A DNA stretch of 64,000 nucleotides from Pelolinea sp. GTDB lineage: Bacteria > Chloroflexota > Anaerolineae > Anaerolineales > Anaerolineaceae. Made by a program: the position numbers and the translations under genes. Every line of letters starts with the position of its first letter. The first letter of the stretch is position 1. The notes under the pieces are model-generated. The model had not been told where the DNA came from. It saw only the letters and a list, made by a program, of their open reading frames with translations, and searched no databases. The stretch is from NCBI GenBank assembly GCA_030692365.1, contig JAUYCC010000075.1, positions 15,082 through 79,081 of the forward strand, in the 5' to 3' direction. Of the stretch, positions 48,507-58,125 are shown piece after piece.

Positions 48507-49424
48507 TTATGCTTTCATTATCACTTGAGCAGATTGATTGGTTGTGGTTGTCGTAAATAACAGTGCTGCCATATTCGCATTCTTAAAAACCCGAACCATC
48601 GTTTCGCCCACTTTTTTATCCCCTTTTTCAATAAAGGCGATTACGCCAGGCCCGGCACCGGATAACGCCGCGCCAAGCGCGCCTGCTTCCAAAGCCTCGG
48701 AAATAGCCGCTTCTGTACCAGGGATGAGACCGAGTCGGTAAGGTTGGTGCAGCCTATCTTCCATCGCGATTTTCATAAGATCATAATTGGAATCCTGTAA
48801 GGCATTAATAAGCAATGCTGCTCTTCCAATGTTGAATACAGCATCTTTCATAGACAAAGTTTCAGGCAGTACAGCTCTGGCCTGGCGTGTGCTTAAATTC
48901 ACATTAGGCAAAGCGATCACTGCATTTAAAGGTTTAATAGCCAGTTTCTTTACAACCAACTCGCCAGCCGATAAAGCTGTGATCGTTAAGCCTCCAAACA
49001 AACAGGCAGAAATATTGTCGGCATGCCCTTCAAAGGATAGGGCTGTTTTTAGTAATTCATGATCGCTTATTTGGAGGTTAAGCAAGTTCTTAGCGCCTAA
49101 AAGTCCGGCGATTACCGCGGCCGAACTTGAACCCAACCCTGAAGAAACCGGAATATTGTTTCTGCATTTGATTCGAATTCCGTCGGGCAATGATTGCGAT
49201 GCACTCCTCGATAGAGTCTGCATACATTGATAGATCAGGTTGGAATCATCTCTTGGTAATGTATTTGACCCTTCGCCCTCAATTTCAATTTTAAGAGAAT
49301 TTCTGGAAATTGAGAATTCAATTTCATTCCAGATGTCCAAAGCCAAGCCCAGGCAGTCAAAGCCTGGACCGAGGTTGGCAGTTGTCGCAGGCACCCTGAC
49401 CAGCACCGATTTTGGTTTAGCCAT
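48507..49424 (-). CDS. thrB: homoserine kinase
   Basis: PATTANLGPGFDCLG, PVSSGLGSSSAA (GHMP), EGHADN, LSGAGP. Confidence 0.95.
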   Translation of the reverse strand: MAKPKSVLVRVPATTANLGPGFDCLGLALDIWNEIEFSISRNSLKIEIEGEGSNTLPRDDSNLIYQCMQTLSRSASQSLPDGIRIKCRNNIPVSSGLGSSSAAVIAGLLGAKNLLNLQISDHELLKTALSFEGHADNISACLFGGLTITALSAGELVVKKLAIKPLNAVIALPNVNLSTRQARAVLPETLSMKDAVFNIGRAALLINALQDSNYDLMKIAMEDRLHQPYRLGLIPGTEAAISEALEAGALGAALSGAGPGVIAFIEKGDKKVGETMVRVFKNANMAALLFTTTTTNQSAQVIMKA

Positions 49425-50478
49425 TTAAGATATACCCCTCAAGCGTATTTAATTCAGGCGCCAGGACTTTGGTTTTGCTGAATCCTTCGATCACAATATC
49501 AGGGTCCTTCAGTCCATGGCCAGTACAGACAATCACGATTTTTTTGTCACTGGGATCAAGCTTTTTCTCTTCTATTTGTTTCTTCAATCCCGCCAAACCT
49601 GCCGCGGAAGCTGGTTCAACCCAAATTCCAGCGGAAGCAAGAAGTCGTTGTGCAGACAGAATTTCTTCATCTGTTGCTGAAATAATCCTTCCATTAGACT
49701 CGCTAGCAGCTAACAACGCTTCTTCACCTCGCGCCGGCCGGCCGATGCGGATGGCAGTGGCGATTGTTTCCGGGTTATCAATCGGGTGACCTAAAACAAG
49801 CGGGGCTGAACCTGATGCTTGAACTCCAAGAATTTGAGGGAGGCCGGTTTTTATCTCGGAATGATATTGTTTAAAGCCTTTCCAATAAGCTGTTATATTA
49901 CCTGCGTTACCAACAGGTAAAGACAGCCAATCGGGCGCGTCCCCTAACGTATCGCAGATCTCAAATGCGGCAGTCTTCTGACCTTCCAGGCGAAATGGAT
50001 TAAGCGAATTAACCAACGCTATGGGGTGTTTTTCGGAAAGCTTTACCACAAGGTCAAGCGCCTGATCGAAAGAGCCGTCAATCTGAATCACTTCCGCGCC
50101 GTAAGCGATCGCGCCTGCTAACTTCCCTGTGGCGACTTTCCCCGCAGGGATGATGACTATCGAGCGCATTCCTGCCCTGGCAGAATATGCTGCTGCAGAA
50201 GCGGCAGTATTGCCAGTGGAAGCGCAGATAGCAATTTTTGCACCTCTAAAAGCTGCTTCACTGATAGCGACTGTCATCCCACGGTCTTTGAATGAGCCGG
50301 TTGGGTTTAAACCTTCAAATTTAATCCACAGCTCAAAATTCGCGCCCAGTTGTTTAGAAATGGAAGGTATAGGGATAAGCGGTGTGTTACCTTCTAAAAG
50401 CGTCACAGCAGGCATGCTCGCTGGGATAGTTAAGTAATTGCGGTATTTTTCTATTACACCTGGGTAAGATTTTGTCAT
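49417..50478 (-). CDS. thrC: threonine synthase
   Basis: EGNTPL, NPTGSFKDRG (PLP Lys), ASTGNT, PVGNAGN, TGHGLKDP; ATG 50478 has GGAG RBS. Confidence 0.95.
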   Translation of the reverse strand: MTKSYPGVIEKYRNYLTIPASMPAVTLLEGNTPLIPIPSISKQLGANFELWIKFEGLNPTGSFKDRGMTVAISEAAFRGAKIAICASTGNTAASAAAYSARAGMRSIVIIPAGKVATGKLAGAIAYGAEVIQIDGSFDQALDLVVKLSEKHPIALVNSLNPFRLEGQKTAAFEICDTLGDAPDWLSLPVGNAGNITAYWKGFKQYHSEIKTGLPQILGVQASGSAPLVLGHPIDNPETIATAIRIGRPARGEEALLAASESNGRIISATDEEILSAQRLLASAGIWVEPASAAGLAGLKKQIEEKKLDPSDKKIVIVCTGHGLKDPDIVIEGFSKTKVLAPELNTLEGYILNG

Positions 50479-50500
50479 TATGCGCTCCAATGTAGTAGAT

Positions 50501-51121
50501 TTATTTACCAAGGGCTGATTGGATTTGTTCAGGTGTTATCCCGCCCTCTCTAAGGATCTTTATTTCTTCACCGCTGCAATCAACCACTGTTGAGGAAATC
50601 CCGCCTTTGCATTCACCTCCGTCAATGATCAGTTCAATGCGGCCGTTTAATTGATCCAGCACTTGGCTAGCAGTTGAAGGGCTGGTTTCACCAGAAATAT
50701 TAGCGGAAGTGGCGGCCAAGGGACCGGTTTTGAGGATGATTGCGCGCAGCCAGCCATGGTCAGGGATCCGCACCCCGACGGTTGGGTGAATGGTCAGAAT
50801 TGTAGGAAGCGATTTGTTTTTAGCCACAATCAATGTCAGTGCACCTGGCCAGAAGGATTGAGCCAATTTTCTGGCATTTTCATTCAGGCTTTTGGCTACA
50901 AGGTCAATTTGATTAATATCACCTATCAAAACCGGTATTGCTTTAAGACATCCCCGAATTTTTATCTGAAAAAGGGAGTGGATCGCATTTGAGTTCCCTA
51001 CCGAGCAAGCGATGCCATAAACAGTATCGGTTGGCACAGCCACTACACCACCCGACCTGATCACATTGAGAGTTTCTTTTATTGCTGAGCCATCGGATTG
51101 AGCAATGATGCATGTTTTCAT
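50501..51121 (-). CDS. tsaC: L-threonylcarbamoyladenylate synthase (YrdC/TsaC type, no Sua5 C-domain)
   Basis: PTDTVYG, KxR, FWPGALT, TSANISG, STVVD, LREGGI. Confidence 0.92.
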   Translation of the reverse strand: MKTCIIAQSDGSAIKETLNVIRSGGVVAVPTDTVYGIACSVGNSNAIHSLFQIKIRGCLKAIPVLIGDINQIDLVAKSLNENARKLAQSFWPGALTLIVAKNKSLPTILTIHPTVGVRIPDHGWLRAIILKTGPLAATSANISGETSPSTASQVLDQLNGRIELIIDGGECKGGISSTVVDCSGEEIKILREGGITPEQIQSALGK

Positions 51122-52012
51122 TTATTCACCATTCATTTGTACCTGGATAAGGCGAGGTAAGCCTGATAAATCAAAATGTATTCTAATTGATGCTGCGGGA
51201 AAAACAGTAGCTGCCAAATCAATAACCGAATGAGACTGGGTTGCTTCGATTTCCAATAAGATTAGCCCATCGGGCTTGACTCTGGTTTTGGATTGATAAA
51301 GGAGAGGTTTTATATGCCTAAGTCCATCTCGCCCGCCATCCAGCGCTGATATAGGTTCGAATTTTCTTACCGAAAGTTCGGATAAAGTATCGCTGGGAAT
51401 ATAGGGTAGATTCGCACAGATACAATCGAATTGAACTTGCAACCCTGCCAACAAGTCAGTTTGAACCAGGTTTATTTGACCATCGAGTTCATGCCTTTTT
51501 ATATTCACTCGCGAAATCTGTAAAGCATTATTGGAAAAATCCGTCCCGATAATTTTGGCGGTCGGCAAATTATTGCCTATCGACACTGCAATGCAGCCGG
51601 ACCCCGTGCCTACATCTGCGACCAGGTTTCTGCCTCCTCGTTTTTGAAGCCAACCCAGCGCATATTCAACCAACATTTCTGTTTCGGGACGGGGGATCAA
51701 AACATCAGACGTTACCTTAAAATCAAACCCGAAGAATTCTTGTTCACCAGTTATATAAGGCAAAGGTTCACCTGATAGAAGGCGGCTCAACAATGAATCC
51801 AGCATTGTTTCTTCTGCTGTGCTTAAAACAAATTCCGGGTTGGAAATGCCAAAATAGGCAGGTTTGTTTAATGCAAACCCGATTATGGTGTTTATAGATG
51901 AAGTTGGTTCTTCGGATAGGATGCTGATTAGTTTACGGGCTTTCCCAAGCCAATCTCCAAGGACAACCGTCTCAATCCTCCGGTTCTGATACAGAAAGTC
52001 GTTCTGATTCAT
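51122..52012 (-). CDS. prmC: release factor glutamine methyltransferase (start uncertain)
   Basis: GEPLPYITG, LIPRPETE, DVGTGSG, ANLPYI, ALDGGRDGL; follows prfA. Confidence 0.9.
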   Translation of the reverse strand: MNQNDFLYQNRRIETVVLGDWLGKARKLISILSEEPTSSINTIIGFALNKPAYFGISNPEFVLSTAEETMLDSLLSRLLSGEPLPYITGEQEFFGFDFKVTSDVLIPRPETEMLVEYALGWLQKRGGRNLVADVGTGSGCIAVSIGNNLPTAKIIGTDFSNNALQISRVNIKRHELDGQINLVQTDLLAGLQVQFDCICANLPYIPSDTLSELSVRKFEPISALDGGRDGLRHIKPLLYQSKTRVKPDGLILLEIEATQSHSVIDLAATVFPAASIRIHFDLSGLPRLIQVQMNGE

Positions 52013-53042
52013 CACGGATGGATAGCTCATTGATGAAGATATCCAGCCCACCCGCGAGCACCGAAGGGAGGTTGTGCGAAGAAATGTTGATTCGGTGGTC
52101 GGTTACCCGGGACTGGGGATAATTATAGGTTCTAATCTTTTCAGATCGTTCACCCGATCCAATCTGGGCGCGTCGTGCAGCATCTTCATCCGCATGGCGT
52201 TTTTTTTCTTCAATTTCATATAACCGGGCGCGTAAGATGCTCATGCCACGCAAGCGGTTTTGAACCTGTGACCTTTCATCCTGACAGGCAACAACCAACC
52301 CGGTAGGAATATGGGTGATTCTTATGGCTGTGGCGTTTTTCTGGACATTTTGTCCTCCTGCCCCTGCTGATTTGAATACATCAATCCGCAGGTCAGAATC
52401 CGGTATTTCGATATCCACATCTTCAACTTCAGCCAGAACTGCCACGGTAATTGTTGAAGTATGAATTCTTCCAGAAGATTCTGTCGCAGGAATGCGCTGA
52501 ACGCGGTGCACACCCGATTCATATTTCAATTTTGAATAAGCGCCTTTACCTTTGATCAGAAAGATTATTTCTTTCAGTCCGCCAATGCCTGTATCATTCT
52601 GGGAAAGGACTTCAATAGTCCAACGGTTACTCTCGGAGTAATGGGTATACATTCGAAAAAGATCAGCAGCAAAAAGACCGGCCTCATCACCGCCTGTTCC
52701 TGCCCGGATCTCCATAATAACATTTTTCTGGTCTCGAGGATCTTTGGGGATCAGCAGGTTCTTCAATTCCAATTCAAGCTGGTCTGCTTTTGGTTTAAGC
52801 ATCTGTAGGTCTTCAGAGGCAAGAGCTTTCAAATCTTCATCATTTGATTCTATAAGTTGTACAGCTTCCTCAATCGCTTTCAGGGTTTGCCGGTATTCCC
52901 TTGATTTTCCGACAATTTCTTCTAGCTCAGCCTTTTCTTTGGATAATTCCGCAACTTGCTGGTAATTTGTAAGATTGGCTTCTATTAATTTATTGATTTC
53001 CAGGTAACGGGCTTCAATCGTCTCGAGATTTTCTAAGAGCAT
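51972..53042 (-). CDS. prfA: peptide chain release factor 1
   Basis: EIRAGTGGDEA, ESGVHRVQRIPATES (PxT), GAGGQ, RSEKIRTYN. Confidence 0.97.
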   Translation of the reverse strand: MLLENLETIEARYLEINKLIEANLTNYQQVAELSKEKAELEEIVGKSREYRQTLKAIEEAVQLIESNDEDLKALASEDLQMLKPKADQLELELKNLLIPKDPRDQKNVIMEIRAGTGGDEAGLFAADLFRMYTHYSESNRWTIEVLSQNDTGIGGLKEIIFLIKGKGAYSKLKYESGVHRVQRIPATESSGRIHTSTITVAVLAEVEDVDIEIPDSDLRIDVFKSAGAGGQNVQKNATAIRITHIPTGLVVACQDERSQVQNRLRGMSILRARLYEIEEKKRHADEDAARRAQIGSGERSEKIRTYNYPQSRVTDHRINISSHNLPSVLAGGLDIFINELSIRDESERLSVSEPED

Positions 53043-53124
53043 TAACTATTTTCCTATTAATAAATTTCCGGGATTTCTAACTGACCCGAATAATTATACC
53101 AGTCAGGTTTTTACTAAATTTTTA

Positions 53125-53146
53125 CACCTGAATTGAAATTCAGGTG
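53125..53146. promoter_or_regulatory. inverted repeat with perfect 10-bp arms, candidate operator, in the divergent prfA/ridA gap
   Basis: CACCTGAATT-GA-AATTCAGGTG, between TGGTATAAT on the minus strand (53093-53101) and TATAAT on the plus strand (53158-53163). Confidence 0.5.
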
Positions 53147-53201
53147 GTTGGCTTGGATATAATACTCATAAAAACGAAATAAAACTACTAAGGTGGAAAA
53201 G

Positions 53202-53582
53202 ATGAAACAGATTCTGAATACCGAAAATGCCCCAAAAGCGTTAGGCCCCTATTCCCAAGGCATCAAAGCTGGCTGTTTGATCTTTCTTTCTGGCCAGCTG
53301 GGGTTGGATCCAAAGACCAATGATTTTTCTGCGGGTGGTGTGGCTGAACAGACCCGCCAGGCATTAACAAATCTGAAACATGTAATCGAATCAACCGGTT
53401 CGAGCATGGAAAATGTAGTTAAAACAACAGTCTTTTTAAAAGATATGAACGATTTTCAAGCCATGAACACGGTCTATGGCGAATTTTTCAAATCAGAACC
53501 GCCTGCCCGTTCCACGGTTCAGGTGGCAGCCTTACCAAAAGGCGGATTAGTTGAGATTGAAGCAATTGTAAAAGCGGAATAA
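53202..53582 (+). CDS. ridA: RidA family enamine/imine deaminase (GTG 53193 possible)
   Basis: [45 protein letters not shown]. Confidence 0.92.
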   Translation: MKQILNTENAPKALGPYSQGIKAGCLIFLSGQLGLDPKTNDFSAGGVAEQTRQALTNLKHVIESTGSSMENVVKTTVFLKDMNDFQAMNTVYGEFFKSEPPARSTVQVAALPKGGLVEIEAIVKAE

Positions 53583-53594
53583 ATTGCTGGCTGA

Positions 53595-54284
53595 ATGAAA
53601 ACTGTTCCGCAAGAAACCATCGCTGTTGTTGATGATGAACAAAGCATCATCGATTTTGTGCGCATTTACCTTGAACGCGAAGGATTCATCTGCAAGGGTA
53701 TCAATGATGGGATGATAGCGTTTAATGACATTATGCAGAGTAAACCGACACTGGTAGTACTGGATGTAATGCTGCCAGGCATGAGTGGCTTTGACGTATG
53801 CCGCAGGTTAAGGGCATCCAACAACCAGGTGCCTATCATCATGCTTACCGCCAAGGATGATGATATTGACAAGATTTTGGGACTGGAGCTGGGAGCGGAT
53901 GATTACCTTACCAAACCGTTCAATCCGCGCGAACTCATCGCACGCATTAAAGCAGTTCTTAGACGTAATAATTTAAAGAAAAGGACAGAAGAGGTGATTA
54001 TCACGGCTGGTGATATTACCATCAACCTGCAACGCAGGGAAGTTACCGTCAAGGGGGAACCCGTCTTTTTACGGACCCAGGAATTTGAACTTTTACGTGT
54101 TTTGGCGGAAGAACCTGGAAGAGTCTATAGCCGCGATCAATTACTTTACTTGGCATGGGGTTACGACTTTGCTGGCCAAACCCGTACAGTGGATGTCCAT
54201 GTGGCACAGTTGAGACGAAAGCTTGAAATGAGCAGCATTCAACTGGAAACTGTTACAGGATATGGCTATAAATTGAAGGTCTGA
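53595..54284 (+). CDS. OmpR/PhoB family response regulator
   Basis: VVDDE, LDVMLP, LTAK, KPF, winged-helix RTVDVHVAQLRRK...VTGYGY. Confidence 0.95.
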   Translation: MKTVPQETIAVVDDEQSIIDFVRIYLEREGFICKGINDGMIAFNDIMQSKPTLVVLDVMLPGMSGFDVCRRLRASNNQVPIIMLTAKDDDIDKILGLELGADDYLTKPFNPRELIARIKAVLRRNNLKKRTEEVIITAGDITINLQRREVTVKGEPVFLRTQEFELLRVLAEEPGRVYSRDQLLYLAWGYDFAGQTRTVDVHVAQLRRKLEMSSIQLETVTGYGYKLKV

Positions 54285-55708
54285 TGTTTTCCTCTTCAAT
54301 CAACAACCGGCTTTGGTTGACATACCTTGTAATTGTACTTTTTGTTTTGCTGATTGCATTCGTGGGCATTGCTGTTGCTTTTCGTAACAGCCCAATGCTC
54401 TACAGGCAAGTGTTCTATCGGATCTCATTAGTCAATGGCTTTCTAAGAGAACGATTGGCATTGGTGATAGATGGCGAATGGGAACCTTTTATCCGCCTTT
54501 TTCTCGAAGAAGTAAAGATTTTTGATGTAAATGTGGCTATTCTTGATGCCCAAGGAAATATAGCCTATTCATCCGGGACGAATGAGATTGCCAGTTTTCC
54601 CGGGCTTAAAGATCCTTCCTCAATTGTTGACCAAAGCAGGGACAGCATTCTTCTTTATAAAGATGAAAATAGACAAACATGGTTTTATCAGATTAGCCCG
54701 ATAAATAGCAGCTTCTTCCTGGTCACGAGTGCGCTTCGACCTGAAATTTCGATTAGCTCAGTTTTTCAAGATGAATTAATGGCACCATTAATCAGGGCTG
54801 GTATTGTCGCGTTGATCCTTTCCTTTATCCTTGGATTGTTTATTGCTCGATGGATTACAAGGCCATTGCAAAAAATATCGATTTCCGCTGGCCAGATCGC
54901 GGAAGGAAATTATGTGAGGGTTCCAATCGAAGGTCCACTAGAGGTCAGGCAGCTAGCGGGAGTTATCAATGATATGGTGGCCAAGGTGCAAGATAGCATG
55001 CAATCACAGAAGGATTTTGTAGCCAATGTATCACATGAATTTAAAACACCTCTGACATCTATCCAGGGATTCGCCCAGGCTTTATTTGATGGCGCTATTG
55101 ATAATAAATCCGAAAAACAGCGTGCTGCAAGAATTATTCTCGGAGAAACGGAAAGACTTAATTTTCTTGTAAATGACCTGCTTACATTAGCTATGCTGGA
55201 CGCTGGTACGATAGTTATGGAAAAGTCCCTAGTAGACCTCAATCAATTAATCAGAAATATCCTTGAAAAACTCCAGTTTCAAATTAATTTGGCAGATATT
55301 AATGTTAATAAAAAACTGGCTGAGCCTATGGTTTTCCCTATGGATGCTGAAAGAATCAGCCAAGTCCTTAATAACTTAATAGATAATGCCATTAAATTTT
55401 CGCCGAAAGGTGAGAGCATTATCATTTCCACAAGTATTGAAAGAAAGAATGCAATATTTTTAGTTTCTGATTCAGGACCAGGGATTTCTGAGGATAACCA
55501 AAAGAGAATTTTTGAACGGTTTTTCCAAACCGATAAATCGCGAAAAGGCGGCCAGGGGAGAGGGGTGGGGCTGGGGTTATCAATAGCCAAACAAATTGTT
55601 ATTGCACATGGTGGAAGCATCAGCGTGAAGAGCCATTTGAGTCAGGGAAGCACTTTTATGGTAAAACTACCTTTAGCAAATGGCCAAAAAAACAAATCCT
55701 CAAATTGA
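54284..55708 (+). CDS. HAMP-domain sensor histidine kinase
   Basis: Two TMs, HAMP, NVSHEFKTPL, NLIDNAIKF, DSGPGI, GVGLGLSI. Confidence 0.95.
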   Translation: MFSSSINNRLWLTYLVIVLFVLLIAFVGIAVAFRNSPMLYRQVFYRISLVNGFLRERLALVIDGEWEPFIRLFLEEVKIFDVNVAILDAQGNIAYSSGTNEIASFPGLKDPSSIVDQSRDSILLYKDENRQTWFYQISPINSSFFLVTSALRPEISISSVFQDELMAPLIRAGIVALILSFILGLFIARWITRPLQKISISAGQIAEGNYVRVPIEGPLEVRQLAGVINDMVAKVQDSMQSQKDFVANVSHEFKTPLTSIQGFAQALFDGAIDNKSEKQRAARIILGETERLNFLVNDLLTLAMLDAGTIVMEKSLVDLNQLIRNILEKLQFQINLADINVNKKLAEPMVFPMDAERISQVLNNLIDNAIKFSPKGESIIISTSIERKNAIFLVSDSGPGISEDNQKRIFERFFQTDKSRKGGQGRGVGLGLSIAKQIVIAHGGSISVKSHLSQGSTFMVKLPLANGQKNKSSN

Positions 55709-56681
55709 AGTCTCTGTTATTGTTCCTTGTTTTAACGAGGAAAAAACCATTCAGTTGTTGTTACAAGCGATCTTAATCCAGAGTCATAAAACCGAAAATA
55801 TTGAGGTGGTTATTGCGGACGCAATATCCACCGATAAAACCCGCCAGAAGATTCTGGAATTCTCCAAAAACAATCCCTCCCTGACTATTCGCATAGTTGA
55901 TAATCCGAAACGGACAATACCCACGGCTGTCAATCTCGCAGCGAGCTCAGCCAAAGGGGAATATCTGGTCAGATTAGACGCTCATTCTGTTCCAAATAAG
56001 GATTACATTTTAAACAGTGTTAATTTGCTTAAGTCAGGAAAAGCGCAAAATGTGGGGGGCGTTTGGGAGATCTGCCCTGGCGAAGACACCTGTATAGCTA
56101 GAGCAATCGCAAGGGCGGCATCGCATCCCCTTGGGGCAGGGGACGCAGGTTACCGAATCTCAACCCAAGCAGGTTTTGTGGATACAGTCCCATTTGGCGC
56201 TTTTAAAAAAAAAGATTTCATCGGTTTAGGCGGATTTAATGAGGACTTGCTTTCCAATGAAGATTATGAATTTAATACTCGCCTGCGGCAAAATGGTGGA
56301 AAAGTCTGGCTGGATCCAGCTATTCGTTCAAAATACTATTCTCGCAAGGATTTGAAAGAATTGGCAAGACAATATTGGCGATACGGTTTCTGGAAAAACC
56401 GAATGTTACGAAAATATCCTAATAGTCTCCGGTGGAGGCAAGCGATTCCGCCGGTGTTTGTACTGTTTACCATAGTGTTTGTAATTTTATCTTTATTTAT
56501 GCCATTTGCTCGTATAATACTGGGAACGGGCGTTGGTTTCTATTTACTTGCCCTTTTATTGAGCAGTTTCATTGAATCCGTAAAGAAGAAGGATGGTTGC
56601 TATATGAAAATGGTTTTTGCCTTTGCGACCATTCACTTTTGCTGGGGGGGCGGGTTCTTATTCAGTTTTTTTTCAAAATAA
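55680..56681 (+). CDS. glycosyltransferase family 2 (ExoA-like)
   Basis: SVIVPCFNEE, RLDAH, DTVPFG, NEDYEFN.R, QYWRYG; C-terminal TMs. Confidence 0.88.
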   Translation: MAKKTNPQIEVSVIVPCFNEEKTIQLLLQAILIQSHKTENIEVVIADAISTDKTRQKILEFSKNNPSLTIRIVDNPKRTIPTAVNLAASSAKGEYLVRLDAHSVPNKDYILNSVNLLKSGKAQNVGGVWEICPGEDTCIARAIARAASHPLGAGDAGYRISTQAGFVDTVPFGAFKKKDFIGLGGFNEDLLSNEDYEFNTRLRQNGGKVWLDPAIRSKYYSRKDLKELARQYWRYGFWKNRMLRKYPNSLRWRQAIPPVFVLFTIVFVILSLFMPFARIILGTGVGFYLLALLLSSFIESVKKKDGCYMKMVFAFATIHFCWGGGFLFSFFSK

Positions 56682-56699
56682 CTGTAAATAATTTCTTTT

Positions 56700-58124
56700 A
56701 TGAAAAAATTTCAGCAATATCAAAAGCCATTGTGGCGCATTACCCCGCGTGAGCGAAGGTTTATTCTTTTATTTGGCGACTTGATAGCAATAGGTTTGGC
56801 ACTTCTAGTCGCGCTCTATTTTTGGGCAATGGGAGACCAATGGCTCAAATTTAGCTGGCAATTTTTAAAAGAACGGCCGCCGGGTTGGTATTTTTTCCTT
56901 CCGATTATCTGGCTGGTATTATTGCTTGAATTGTATGAACCCAGAAGGGCGAGCCGACGGGATGATACGATCAGAGGAATCGCTGTTGCCGCAGCGATAT
57001 GCGCAATACTATACCTGGCAATTTTCTTTGTATCTGAGCCAAAGTCCTTACCAAGAAGAGGGGTCGCCGGTTTTATTGGCGCAGTTGCGGTCCTGAACCT
57101 TTTGTGGCGGTTGTTATATATCCGGATCTTTAACGCCCCGGCATTCTTAAGGCGTGTTCTGATTATTGGCGCAGGCAGGGCAGGTTCAAACCTTGCTGAA
57201 ATTATCCAGAAAATCAAACCAACACCCTTTACTCTTGTGGGATTTATTGATGACGATTTCAAAAAGCAAGGTACCAAGATAAGCAGTCTGCCAATTTTAG
57301 GCAGTAGTGACACTTTATTAGATGTCATTAAGAAACAATACATTACTGACTTGATTTTCGCTATTTCGGGGGATATGCAAGACTCTTTATATTCTGCGAT
57401 ACTAACGGCAGAAGAGCAGAGTGTTGAAGTAACCACCATGCCGGTAGTCTATGAGGAATTGCTGGGGAGAGTACCCATTTCTCTCCTGGCTGATGATTGG
57501 GTGCTAAGATCTTTTGTTGACCGGGCTCATGCCAGTGGAAGTTATGAGCTACTAAAAAGGCTGATAGATTTTTTAGGAGCGATTATTGGGCTTATTTTTC
57601 TTATTCCGCTTTATCCAATCATTACATTAATGATTGTTATTGATGATGGTTTCCCAATTGTTTTTAGTCAGGTGCGTGTAGGCAAAAGCGCCAAACAATT
57701 TAACCTACTAAAATTCCGAAGTATGCGCCGGGATGCGGAAAAAGATGGTATCGCAAGGTTTGCTGTTGAAAATGACGAACGTGCAACCCGGATTGGTAAA
57801 TTCTTACGAAAAAGCCATATTGATGAACTCCCGCAGCTTATTAACGTATTACGGGGAGATATTTCTCTCGTAGGGCCGCGCGCCGAGAGACCTGAATTGG
57901 TTCAAAAGCTTGAAAAAGAAGTGCCCTTTTACCGCGCGCGGTTGTTTGTAAAACCCGGTGTGACCGGCTGGGCGCAAATCAATTATCGATACGCATCCAA
58001 CGTTGAGGAGACAGCTGTAAAACTGGAGCATGACCTTTATTACATCATGCATAGAAATATCCTCCTTGACATCGCGATCCTTTTTCGAACTTTCGGTGCA
58101 GTCGTTGGATTCCGCGGTTTATAA
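56700..58124 (+). CDS. polyprenyl glycosylphosphotransferase (WcaJ/WbaP-like initiating transferase)
   Basis: N-terminal TMs, IIGAG domain, KRLID, KFRSM, DELPQLINVLRGDISLVGPR, KPGVTGWAQ. Confidence 0.92.
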   Translation: MKKFQQYQKPLWRITPRERRFILLFGDLIAIGLALLVALYFWAMGDQWLKFSWQFLKERPPGWYFFLPIIWLVLLLELYEPRRASRRDDTIRGIAVAAAICAILYLAIFFVSEPKSLPRRGVAGFIGAVAVLNLLWRLLYIRIFNAPAFLRRVLIIGAGRAGSNLAEIIQKIKPTPFTLVGFIDDDFKKQGTKISSLPILGSSDTLLDVIKKQYITDLIFAISGDMQDSLYSAILTAEEQSVEVTTMPVVYEELLGRVPISLLADDWVLRSFVDRAHASGSYELLKRLIDFLGAIIGLIFLIPLYPIITLMIVIDDGFPIVFSQVRVGKSAKQFNLLKFRSMRRDAEKDGIARFAVENDERATRIGKFLRKSHIDELPQLINVLRGDISLVGPRAERPELVQKLEKEVPFYRARLFVKPGVTGWAQINYRYASNVEETAVKLEHDLYYIMHRNILLDIAILFRTFGAVVGFRGL

Positions 58125-58125
58125 G

